In this document: in pieces, positions 36,138-49,000 of the stretch | How positions within the stretch are numbered: position 1 is the first letter of the stretch | Layout: every line of letters begins with the position of its first letter | DNA from: Laetmonice hystrix | Lineage: Eukaryota | Direction: 5' to 3' | Assembly: GCA_965235115.1 (NCBI GenBank) | Contig: OZ249440.1 | Location: forward strand, 33,978,001-34,042,000 | DNA length: 64,000 nt | Translations under genes and position numbers: made by a program | The notes under the pieces: model-generated | What the model saw: only the letters and a program-made list of their open reading frames with translations | Databases searched by the model: none | Told to the model about the DNA's origin: nothing

Positions 36138-37743
36138 CCGGGGGGGGGGATTGGCGTGCTGAAGCACCCCCCTCAATTTGCCCAATTGGTGCGGGTGTGT
36201 GTGCAGGGGGGGGGTGCGCCCACAGCCCCCTCCCCAATTTCCAGTGCCTAGGACGTTGGTTATTTCCAGCACCCCCCGGGCCCGGGTTCAGTTTCTGGGT
36301 ACGCCACTGCGTTGGACCGTCCTACCGGCGACGGACCAAAAATTGCAGGCCTACAACGAAGGGTCAAAAGGTTCCCGCACCGAGGTGGGGGCTCCCGACT
36401 GAATTTTTTTTGTAATATAGTCGGCCCGGCTCCTCAGTATCAAACTGAAGAGCTTTCGGTGCCGACCTTTTGGTTAAAATTAATAGTAGGGTATCGTAGA
36501 CGTAGGGTAGGGTATTTAAATCCTGGATTCCCTACTGATTAGGCCTAATGCATGTTTGTTGGAAAGAGAGGGGGAATGGCCGGGGGGGGGGGGCGTCACG
36601 AACCCCCCTCCTGGATCCCTAACACAAACATCACATCTTTGAGTATTTTTACCCAAAGTTAAGAAAACGGACGTGTCCCATTGCAAGAAAGTTGTCCAGC
36701 CACGTCCGTCTATAATGAAGATGGCTAACAGATAGGTTCAGCAGGCTGGCAACTTGGGGTAGAACACTGCTAGATAACAGGGTGATGTGAGGGCCCCAAT
36801 TTTGGGAAGTGATTGCACGATGTCGGCGGCACTGACATTGAACCATCTTTATAGGCCTGTGTGTTTAAGTGTTTAAAAAAATATATATGAACGGGAAGAG
36901 TTCTTGCGGTAGAAGAAAAAGCAAGTCATTTGCAAAAATGTGTTTAATATGAAATACTTTTTTTTAAATCAAAATAAACATTTATTTGTTCACGTTGTCT
37001 TCCGGATGCACAAAAATGTGCAAAAGAACCATAAATTTTTAAGGGTTATTAATTTATTATGTGTAGGTGTCAGTCAGTCAGTCAGTCCGTTTAGATTTGT
37101 TTTGTCCATTCATTTATTATTAGACATATTTATCATAATTTTATTAAATTGTATGTTCATTCATACTGCTCCCGTAACACTGCAAGAATACATTTTTATT
37201 TGCCTCCAAATGAGGCTAAGTATTTTCGAATTAATCAAAAGAGGCACTTTGCTACTCTATTCCACAAAAAAATATAAGGCCGCATATTTTCATTAAGTAG
37301 GGTATACTGAGTAACATATTCCTGGTTCATAAGTCCAACAGGCCATCATGTTTTGATTTTATAGTAACCTGAAGTCACGGGCCTCTAACATGGCTAAAAT
37401 CAAGCCCGTGACTTGGAGCTGATCTACTACCCATATCCTTGTACATGTCATCACACAACTTCGCAACAAGTTGACCAAATGACTGCAGAATATATTTCTT
37501 AACATTGTCAATCACATGGCATGAATCTCCCCCAATTTTCACAAATCTTGGCGTTCTTGTTGATAATAATGTCCCAAATCCAGCCCACGTTTTATAGCCT
37601 ATACCGTCTTATTCTCCGCAAAATACGGTATATGCTACACTGTCAGAGAGCGAAAATAAGATTGCTAAGTGGCATAGCATCTGACTCCAGATGGGAAATC
37701 AGAGAATTAAATACAGTTGTGGCATTCACATACACATATTATG

Positions 37744-38046
37744 ACAATTGACCAGATGAAGACAACTATAGCAAGGGGAATCAGAGCAATACCGCGTGAG
37801 GAATGTGTGCGTGTGATTGACAACTTCGTCGGTAGAATCCAAGTGTGCTTACAATGCCATGGGGAACATTTGGAGCATATTTTTAACAGGGCATAAAATC
37901 CGAACCAGGAATTGGAATTGACTAAAACTGTGCAAGGACATTTGGCATATATCATAGTTAAGGCATACCAAATCTGAACAAATTCTATGGAGACTTACAG
38001 ATTTTAGAAGGCTTAGTATGGGTTCTGTTTTTGGGGTCACACCCTG
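37744..38046 (+). mobile_element. 3' remnant of a mariner-like (DD37D/DD41D-type) transposon
   Basis: TIDQMKTTIARGIRAIPREECVRVIDNFVGRIQVCLQCHGEHLEHIF resembles a mariner-like transposase C-terminus. Ends CACCCTG|TA. Confidence 0.75.
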
Positions 38047-38091
38047 TATCTCACTTCCCGCCCTTGTTTTTCAAGGTTTTCTCTTTCGCTG

Positions 38092-38216
38092 ATCTCTGAA
38101 GCACGTAACCTATTCAGTTCTCTTCGCATCCCAGGGTGATCGCAGGGTGTATATCTCTGAAGCACATAACCTATTCAGTTCTCTTCGGATCCCAGGGTGA
38201 TCGCAGGGTGTATATC
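38092..38216. repeat. ~61-bp tandem duplication
   Basis: TCTCTGAAGCAC..AACCTATTCAGTTCTCTTCG..CCCAGGGTGATCGCAGGGTGTATATC occurs twice. Confidence 0.85.
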
Positions 38217-39125
38217 ACGTTTCACATAGATTGAGGGGGCGCTTGTTTGCCTGGATGCCTTCTCTCCTTTGTATAAGTCGCCCAAGATGTGACCTTGAGG
38301 TTTTCATGGCCGATCTCCTTCATACGTCACCTTCTCGTTGATTGTTTGGTTCCTGGCCATTTACCTCTGGTACTTCACTGGTAACTATTAGATTGGAGCT
38401 GCGCCTTTCAGCGCCCACTTATTCAAGGAGCCTGTGCTAATGCGTGATTATCTTTCTGAGCATACTGTTATCATTCTTCAGTGGTTATATTTCTTTATTT
38501 CTTCTTTGAGAGAAGATCTTTCTGTTTGCAGTTTTCTCACTTCACCCAGCATCGTTTTCAGGATTGGTAGGATATTTTCTTCGTTGCAATTTTTATAAAT
38601 TTCGGATTCTTCTTCAGCAAAACCTTTAAGTAGGTCTTTTAAAGTCTTTTTTAAAGCACCAATGTGCGATCAGCCAATCATGTCCAGGTTGAAGGAATTT
38701 TTCGTGGAAAGATAGTTCAAATATCACCAAACTGGAGGCCTCGTATCACACTGGTACCACGAAGACATGCGCCCAAATTCAAAATGCGGAGAGTTGGTAA
38801 TCCTTATTAACTCCTAATCTAATCAAGAACATTTACATCTTCGTGTATCGGTCTCTGTCCTCTGTACCTACATATTTCAATACAAAGGTTTAAAATTGCC
38901 ACCGTTGTACCACACGTAATGATATTTAGTCACCGTTTAAGACTTAAATGGTGACTAGTTAAACGCATGAGAAACACCTTTCATGAATTTGGGCCTATAC
39001 GTTTGTCTATATTCTATTCTCCAATAGTTTCTTTCTTTCTATCTGCTTTACTGTGAGAGTCTGCATTTTACTATGTTCATGGATCTTGTCTAACCTGAGG
39101 ATGTATTAACCGTGTGTTGACACAG

Positions 39126-39316
39126 AACGGTAGCATAGCCTGTTGCCGCCGACTCCTCCTCCACACTGACAGTGGCCGGGCAAACCTCATTAACAAGGCA
39201 GACTACTCTGGGAAGACGATACTCCACCTAGCGGGGGCGGCCGGGCATGACGACGTCATCACATTTCTCGGACGCTACGCTGAACTGTCCGTCGAGGCCC
39301 AGGACCCAGACAATAG
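39126..39316 (+). CDS. ANKRD55: ANKRD55-like exon F
   Basis: acacag|...|gtgagg. Encodes NGSIACCRRLLL...SGKTILHLAGAAGHDDVITFL...QDPDN(R), phase 0/2. Confidence 0.92.
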
Positions 39317-39890
39317 GTGAGGAACCTCTGCAACGACAAAGGCGCCGGAACCAGGAACTAGTGTGTTTGGGGAAGGGGGATAGAGATTGGCTTCAGATAT
39401 AGTAATGGCCTTAACCTCTACATCAGACAAACATCAGGTGGCACCATCCTTCAGTATAGTAAGTTGGCATTGGCCCATAAGAAACACAGGTATGTTATGT
39501 GCTATTAGGCAGATCTAAAAATGCAGACAAGCATGACATTATTTGATGCAGAGCAGGTCCCTAGCCATCTTTCAAATCAGAATAGTAGCCAGTGAATTGG
39601 CCAAATCATACGAATGAATGAATAAATGAGACAGAGAGAGAGAAAAACGAGAGAGAGGGAAAGGGGGAGGTAGAGAGAATACATGTGTTGTATATGGCTT
39701 ACATTTTGTTAAGGCACTACTGCTGTGTGTGAGCAATTAAATGGGGTGTAATGGATTTTATACTAGGCTGCTATTGCTGTGGTGGAGTTAAGGGTCGGTG
39801 ATCTGTGTTTTATTCGATTTGATGATGGTGTGGGCAGTGTTTTGTCCTCGGCCAGTGGTGGAGCTGATGGTACGGTGGCGTGTGTTTCAG

Positions 39891-40027
39891 GACGGCCCTG
39901 CATTGGGCGGCGGCCACAGGCCAGGCAGCCGCGCTCTCCGCTCTACTCAGGCTCAACGCCAATCCTCGGCCCGTCGACAGTGACAATGGCACGCCACTTG
40001 ACTATGCCCGGCAGTCAGGGCACCAAG
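39891..40027 (+). CDS. ANKRD55: ANKRD55-like exon G (gene continues beyond the window)
   Basis: tttcag|...|gtaggc. Encodes TALHWAAATGQAAALSALLRLNANPRPVDSDNGTPLDYARQSGHQ, phase 2/1. Confidence 0.92.
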
Positions 40028-40034
40028 GTAGGCA

Positions 40035-43000
40035 TGGTCATATGGTCACACTATACAACCCCCACCACAGCCAAACAGAGACCGATATCTCAGTGTCGGT
40101 GAGCATAAACGGTCAGAGTGTATACCTCCCCCACCCACTCACAGACTGGTATCTCAGTCAGTGACCATACACGGTCAGAGTGTATACCTCCCCCACCCCG
40201 CCCCCTCACAGACTGGTATCTCAGTCAGTGACCATACACGGTCAGGGTGTATACCTCCCCCACCCCTCCCCTCACAGACTGGTATCTCAGTCAGTGACCA
40301 TACACGGTCAGAGTGTATACCTCCCCCACCCCGCCCCCTCACAGACTGGTATCTCAGTCAGTGACCATACACGATCAGAGTGTATACCTCCCCCACCCCA
40401 CCCACTCACAGACTAGTATCTCAGTGTCAGTGACCATACACGGTCAGAGTGTATACCTCCCCCACCCCACCCACTCACAGACTGGTATCTCAGTCAGTGA
40501 CCATACACGGTCAGAGTGTATACCTCCCCCACCCCGCCCCCTCACAGACTGGTATCTCAGTCAGTGACCATACACGATCAGAGTGTATACCTCCCCCACC
40601 CCACCCACTCACAGACTAGTATCTCAGTGTCAGTGACCATACACGGTCAGAGTGTATACCTCCCCCACCCCACCCACTCACAGACTGGTATCTCAGTGTC
40701 AGTGACCATACACGGTCAGAGTGTATACCTCCCCCACCCCTCCCCTCACAGACTGGTATCTCAGTCAGTGACCATACACGGTCAAAGTGTATACCTCCCC
40801 CACCCCTCCCCTCACAGACTGGTATCTCAGTCAGTGACCATACACGGTCAGAGTGTATACCTCCCCCACCCCACCCACTCACAGACTGGTATCTCAGTCA
40901 GTGACCATACACGGTCAGAGTGTATACCTCCCCCACCACGCCCCCTCACAGACTGGTATCTCAGTGTCAGTGACCATACACGGTCAGAGTGTATACCTCC
41001 CCCACCCCTCCCCTCACAGACTGGTATCTCAGTCAGTGACCATACACGGTCAGAGTGTATGCCTCCCACACCCCTCCCCTCACAGACTGGTATCTCAGTC
41101 AGTGACCATACACGGTCAGAGTGTATACCTCCCCCACCCCGCCCACTCACAGACTGGTATCTCAGTCAGTGACCATACACGGTCAGAGTGTATACCTCCA
41201 CCACCCCTCCCCTCACAGACTGGTATCTCAGTCAGTGACCATACACGGTCAGAGTGTATACCTCCCCCACCCACTCACAGACTGGTATCTCAGTGTCAGT
41301 GACCATACACGGTCAGAGTGTATACCTCCCCCACCCACTCACAGACTGGTATCTCAGTGTCAGTGACCATACACGGTCAGAGTGTATACCTCCCCCACCC
41401 CACCCACTCACAGACTGGTATCTCAGTCAGTGACCATACACGGTCAGAGTGTATACCTCCCCCACCCCTCCCCTCACAGACTGGTATCTCAGTCAGTGAC
41501 CATACACGGTCAGAGTGTATACCTCCCCCACCCCTCCCCTCACAGACTGGTATCTTAGTCAGTGACCATACACGGCCAGAGTGTATACCTCCGCCACCAC
41601 GCCCCCTCACAGACTGGTATCTCAGTCAGTGACCATACACGGTCAGAGTGTATACCTCCCCCACCCCGCCCCCTCACAGACTGGTATCTCAGTCAGTGAC
41701 CATACACGATCAGAGTGTATACCTCCCCCACCCCTCCCCTCACAGACTGGTATCTCAGTCAGTGACCATACACGGTCAGAGTGTATACCTCCCCCACCAC
41801 GCCCCCTCACAGACTGGTATCTCAGTCAGTGACCATACACGGTCAGAGTGTATACCTCCCCCACCACGCCCCCTCACAGACTGGTATCTCAGTGTCAGTG
41901 ACCATACACGGTCAGAGTGTATACCTCCCCCACCCCTCCCCTCACAGACTGGTATCTCAGTCAGTGACCATACACGGTCAGAGTGTATACCTCCCCCACC
42001 CCGCCCACTCACAGACTGGTATCTCAGTCAATGACCATACACGGTCAGAGTGTATACCTCCCCCACCCCTCCCACTCACAGACTGGTATCTCAGTGTCAG
42101 TGACCATACACGGTCAGAGTGTATATCTCCCCCACCCCGCCCCTTCACAGACTGGTATCTTAGTCAGTGACCATACACGGTCAGAGTGTATACCTCCCCC
42201 ACCCTTCCCCTCACAGACTGGTATCTCAGTCAGTGACCATACACGGTCGGAGTGCATACCTCCACCACCCCTCCCCTGACAGACTGGTATCTCAGTCAGT
42301 GACCATACACGGTGAGAGTGTATACCCCCCCCACCCCACCCACTCACAGACTGGTATCTCAGTCAATGACCATACACGGTCAGAGTGTATACCTCCCCCA
42401 CCCCACCCACTCACAGACTGGTATCTCAGTCAGTGACCATGCTCGGTCAGAGTGTATACCTCCCCCACACCGCCCCCTCACAGACTGGTATCTCAGTCAG
42501 TGACCATACACGGTCAGAGTGTATACCTCCCCCACCACGCCCCCTCACAGACTGGTATCTCAGTGTCAGTGACCATACACGGTCAGAGTGTATACCTCCC
42601 CCACCCCTCCCCTCACAGACTGGTATCTCAGTCAGTGACCATACACGGTCAGAGTGTATGCCTCCCCCACCCCTCCCCTCACAGACTGGTATCTCAGTCA
42701 GTGACCATACACGGTGAGAGTGTATACCTCCCCCACCCCGCCCACTCACAGACTGGTATCTCAGTCAATGACCATACACGGTCAGAGTGTATACCTCCCC
42801 CACCCCTCCCACTCACAGACTGGTATCTCAGTGTCAGTGACCATACACGGTCAGAGTGTATATCTCCCCCACCCCGCCCCTTCACAGACTGGTATCTTAG
42901 TCAGTGACCATACACGGTCAGAGTGTATACCTCCCCCACCCTTCCCCTCACAGACTGGTATCTCAGTCAGTGACCATACACGGTCAGAGTGTATACCTCC

Positions 43001-46000
43001 ACCACCCCTCCCCTCACAGACTGGTATCTCAGTCAGTGACCATACACGGTCAGAGTGTATACCTCCCCCACCCCACCCCCTCACAGACTGGTATCTCAGT
43101 CAGTGACCATACACGGTCAGAGTGTATACCTCCCCCACCCCACCCACTCACAGACTGGTATCTCAGTCAGTGACCATACACGGTCAGAGTGTATATCTCC
43201 CCCACCCCGCCCCTTCACAGACTGGTATCTCAGTCAGTGACCATACACGGTCAGAGTGTATACCTCCCCCACCCCACCCACTCACAGACTGGTATCTCAG
43301 TCAGTGACCATACACGGTCAGAGTGTATGCCTCCCCCACCCACTCACAGACTGGTATCTCAGTCAGTAACCATACACGATCAGAGTGTATACCTCCCCCA
43401 CCCCACCCACTCACAGACTGGTATCTCAGTCAGTGACCATACACGGTCAGAGTGTATATCTCCCCCACCCCACCCACTCACAGACTGGTATCTCAGTCAG
43501 TGACCATGCACGGTCAGAGTGTATACCTCCCCCACACCGCCCCCTCACAGACTGGTATCTCAGTCAGTGACCATACACGGTCAGAGTGTATACCTCCCCC
43601 ACCACGCCCCCTCACAGACTGGTATCTCAGTGTCAGTGACCATACACGGTCAGAGTGTATACCTCCCCCACCCCTCCCCTCACAGACTGGTATCTCAGTC
43701 AGTGACCATACACGGTCAGAGTGTATGCCTCCCCCACCCCTCCCCTCACAGACTGGTATCTCAGTCAGTGACCATACACGGTGAGAGTGTATACCTCCCC
43801 CACCCCGCCCACTCACAGACTGGTATCTCAGTCAATGACCATACACGGTCAGAGTGTATACCTCCCCCACCCCTCCCACTCACAGACTGGTATCTCAGTG
43901 TCAGTGACCATACACGGTCAGAGTGTATATCTCCCCCACCCCGCCCCTTCACAGACTGGTATCTTAGTCAGTGACCATACACGGTCAGAGTGTATACCTC
44001 CCCCACCCTTCCCCTCACAGACTGGTATCTCAGTCAGTGACCATACACGGTCAGAGTGTATACCTCCACCACCCCTCCCCTCACAGACTGGTATCTCAGT
44101 CAGTGACCATACACGGTCAGAGTGTATACCTCCCCCACCCCACCCCCTCACAGACTGGTATCTCAGTCAGTGACCATACACGGTCAGAGTGTATACCTCC
44201 CCCACCCCACCCACTCACAGACTGGTATCTCAGTCAGTGACCATACACGGTCAGAGTGTATATCTCCCCCACCCCGCCCCTTCACAGACTGGTATCTCAG
44301 TCAGTGACCATACACGGTCAGAGTGTATACCTCCCCCACCCCACCCACTCACAGACTGGTATCTCAGTCAGTGACCATACACGGTCAGAGTGTATGCCTC
44401 CCCCACCCACTCACAGACTGGTATCTCAGTCAGTAACCATACACGATCAGAGTGTATACCTCCCCCACCCCACCCACTCACAGACTGGTATCTCAGTCAG
44501 TGACCATACACGGTCAGAGTGTATATCTCCCCCACCCCGCCCCTTCACAGACTGGTATCTCAGTCAGTGACCATACACGGTCAGAGTGTATACCTCCCCC
44601 ACCCCACCCACTCACAGACTGGTATCTCAGTCAGTGACCATACACGGTCAGAGTGTATACCTCCCCCACCCCTCCCACTCACAGACTGGTATCTCAGTCT
44701 CAGTGACCATACACGGTCAGAGTGTATACCTCCCCCACCCCTCCCCTCACAGACTGGTATCTCAGTCAGTGACCATACACGGTCAGAGTGTATACCTCCA
44801 CCACCCCTCCCCTCACAGACTGGTATCTCAGTCAGTGACCATACACGGTCAGAGTGTATACCTCCCCCACCCCACCCCCTCACAGACTGGTATCTCAGTC
44901 AGTGACCATACACGGTCAGAGTGTATACCTCCCCCACCCCACCCACTCACAGACTGGTATCTCAGTCAGTGACCATACACGGTCAGAGTGTATATCTCCC
45001 CCACCCCGCCCCTTCACAGACTGGTATCTCAGTCAGTGACCATACACGGTCAGAGTGTATACCTCCCCCACCCCACCCACTCACAGACTGGTATCTCAGT
45101 CAGTGACCATACACGGTCAGAGTGTATACCTCCCCCACCCACTCACAGATTGGTATCTCAGTCAGTAACCATACACGATCAGAGTGTATACCTCCCCCAC
45201 CCCACCCACTCACAGACTGGTATCTCAGTGTCAGTGACCATACGCGGTCAGAGTGTATACCTCCCCCACCCCTCCCCTCACAGACTGGTATCTCAGTCAG
45301 TGACCATACACGGTCAGAGTGCATACCTCCACCACCCCTCCCCTGACAGACTGGTATCTCAGTCAGTGACCATACACGGTGAGAGTGTATACCCCCCCCC
45401 CACCCCACCCACTCACAGACTGGTATCTCAGTCAATGACCATACACGGTCAGAGTGTATACCTCCCCCACCCCACCCACTCACAGACTGGTATCTCAGTG
45501 TCAGTGACCATACACGGTCAGAGTGTATACCTCCCCCACCAGGCCCCCTCACAGACTGGTATCTCAGTGTCAGTGACCATACACGGTCAGAGTGTATACC
45601 TCCCCCACCCCTCCCCTCACAGACTGGTATCTCAGTCAGTGACCATACACGGTCAGAGTGTATACCTCCCCCACCCCGCCCACTCACAGACTGGTATCTC
45701 AGTCAATGACCATACACGGTCAGAGTGTATACCTCCCCCACCCCTCCCACTCACAGACTGGTATCTCAGTCTCAGTGACCATACACGGTCAGAGTGTATA
45801 CCTCCCCCACCCCTCCCCTCACAGACTGGTATCTCAGTCAGTGACCATACACGGTCAGAGTGTATACCTCCCCCACCCCACCCACTCACAGACTGGTATC
45901 TCAGTCAGTGACCATACACGGTCAGAGTGTATACCTCCCCCACCCCACCCACTCACAGACTGGTATCTCAGTCAGTGACCATACACGGTCAGAGTGTATA

Positions 46001-49000
46001 TCTCCCCCACCCCGCCCCTTCACAGACTGGTATCTTAGTCAGTGACCATACACGGTCAGAGTGTATACCTCCCCCACCCTTCCCCTCACAGACTGGTATC
46101 TCAGTCAGTGACCATACACGGTCAGAGTGTATACCTCCACCACCCCTCCCCTCACAGACTGGTATCTCAGTCAGTGACCATACACGGTCAGAGTGTATAC
46201 CTCCCCCACCCCACCCACTCACAGACTGGTATCTCAGTCAGTGACCATACACGGTCAGAGTGTATATCTCCCCCACCCCGCCCCTTCACAGACTGGTATC
46301 TCAGTCAGTGACCATACACGGTCAGAGTGTATACCTCCCCCACCCCACCCACTCACAGACTGGTATCTCAGTCAGTGACCATACACGGTCAGAGTGTATA
46401 CCTCCCCCACCCACTCACAGATTGGTATCTCAGTCAGTAACCATACACGATCAGAGTGTATACCTCCCCCACCCCACCCACTCACAGACTGGTATCTCAG
46501 TGTCAGTGACCATACGCGGTCAGAGTGTATACCTCCCCCACCCCTCCCCTCACAGACTGGTATCTCAGTCAGTGACCATACACGGTCAGAGTGCATACCT
46601 CCACCACCCCTCCCCTGACAGACTGGTATCTCAGTCAGTGACCATACACGGTGAGAGTGTATACCCCCCCCCCCACCCCACCCACTCACAGACTGGTATC
46701 TCAGTCAATGACCATACACGGTCAGAGTGTATACCTCCCCCACCCCACCCACTCACAGACTGGTATCTCAGTGTCAGTGACCATACACGGTCAGAGTGTA
46801 TACCTCCCCCACCAGGCCCCCTCACAGACTGGTATCTCAGTGTCAGTGACCATACACGGTCAGAGTGTATACCTCCCCCACCCCTCCCCTCACAGACTGG
46901 TATCTCAGTCAGTGACCATACACGGTCAGAGTGTATACCTCCCCCACCCCGCCCACTCACAGACTGGTATCTCAGTCAATGACCATACACGGTCAGAGTG
47001 TATACCTCCCCCACCCCTCCCACTCACAGACTGGTATCTCAGTCTCAGTGACCATACACGGTCAGAGTGTATACCTCCCCCACCCCTCCCCTCACAGACT
47101 GGTATCTCAGTCAGTGACCATACACGGTCAGAGTGTATACCTCCCCCACCCCACCCACTCACAGACTGGTATCTCAGTCAGTGACCATACACGGTCAGAG
47201 TGTATACCTCCCCCACCCCACCCACTCACAGACTGGTATCTCAGTCAGTGACCATACACGGTCAGAGTGTATATCTCCCCCACCCCGCCCCTTCACAGAC
47301 TGGTATCTTAGTCAGTGACCATACACGGTCAGAGTGTATACCTCCCCCACCCTTCCCCTCACAGACTGGTATCTCAGTCAGTGACCATACACGGTCAGAG
47401 TGTATACCTCCACCACCCCTCCCCTCACAGACTGGTATCTCAGTCAGTGACCATACACGGTCAGAGTGTATACCTCCCCCACCCCACCCCCTCACAGACT
47501 GGTATCTCAGTCAGTGACCATACACGGTCAGAGTGTATACCTCCCCCACCCCACCCACTCACAGACTGGTATCTCAGTCAGTGACCATACACGGTCAGAG
47601 TGTATATCTCCCCCACCCCGCCCCTTCACAGACTGGTATCTCAGTCAGTGACCATACACGGTCAGAGTGTATACCTCCCCCACCCCGCCCACTCACAGAC
47701 TGGTATCTCAGTCAGTGACCATACACGGTCAGAGTGTATACCTCCCCCACCCCGCCCCCTCACAGACTGGTATCTCAGTCAGTGACCATACACGGTCAGG
47801 GTGTATACCTCCCCCACCCCTCCCCTCACAGACTGGTATCTCAGTCAGTGACCATACACGGTCAGAGTGTATACCTCCCCCACCCCGCCCCCTCACAGAC
47901 TGGTATCTCAGTCAGTGACCATACACGATCAGAGTGTATACCTCCCCCACCCCACCCACTCACAGACTAGTATCTCAGTGTCAGTGACCATACACGGTCA
48001 GAGTGTATACCTCCCCCACCCCACCCACTCACAGACTGGTATCTCAGTCAGTGACCATACACGGTCAGAGTGTATACCTCCCCCACCCCGCCCCCTCACA
48101 GACTGGTATCTCAGTCAGTGACCATACACGATCAGAGTGTATACCTCCCCCACCCCACCCACTCACAGACTAGTATCTCAGTGTCAGTGACCATACACGG
48201 TCAGAGTGTATACCTCCCCCACCCCACCCACTCACAGACTGGTATCTCAGTGTCAGTGACCATACACGGTCAGAGTGTATACCTCCCCCACCCCTCCCCT
48301 CACAGACTGGTATCTCAGTCAGTGACCATACACGGTCAAAGTGTATACCTCCCCCACCCCTCCCCTCACAGACTGGTATCTCAGTCAGTGACCATACACG
48401 GTCAGAGTGTATACCTCCCCCACCCCACCCACTCACAGACTGGTATCTCAGTCAGTGACCATACACGGTCAGAGTGTATACCTCCCCCACCACGCCCCCT
48501 CACAGACTGGTATCTCAGTGTCAGTGACCATACACGGTCAGAGTGTATACCTCCCCCACCCCTCCCCTCACAGACTGGTATCTCAGTCAGTGACCATACA
48601 CGGTCAGAGTGTATGCCTCCCACACCCCTCCCCTCACAGACTGGTATCTCAGTCAGTGACCATACACGGTCAGAGTGTATACCTCCCCCACCCCGCCCAC
48701 TCACAGACTGGTATCTCAGTCAGTGACCATACACGGTCAGAGTGTATACCTCCACCACCCCTCCCCTCACAGACTGGTATCTCAGTCAGTGACCATACAC
48801 GGTCAGAGTGTATACCTCCCCCACCCACTCACAGACTGGTATCTCAGTGTCAGTGACCATACACGGTCAGAGTGTATACCTCCCCCACCCACTCACAGAC
48901 TGGTATCTCAGTGTCAGTGACCATACACGGTCAGAGTGTATACCTCCCCCACCCCACCCACTCACAGACTGGTATCTCAGTCAGTGACCATACACGGTCA

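Larger units (their letters stand above)
31547..36310. mobile_element. Small CAGTGGCGTA-type MITE split by the Gypsy insertion
   Basis: Left end AGTGGCGTA at 31548 and right end TACGCCACTG at 36300-36309. Confidence 0.6.

Noticed and set aside
38220..38800. Possible LINE ORF1 remnant on the minus strand
   Set aside because: Short motif-like pieces only, with no continuous frame.
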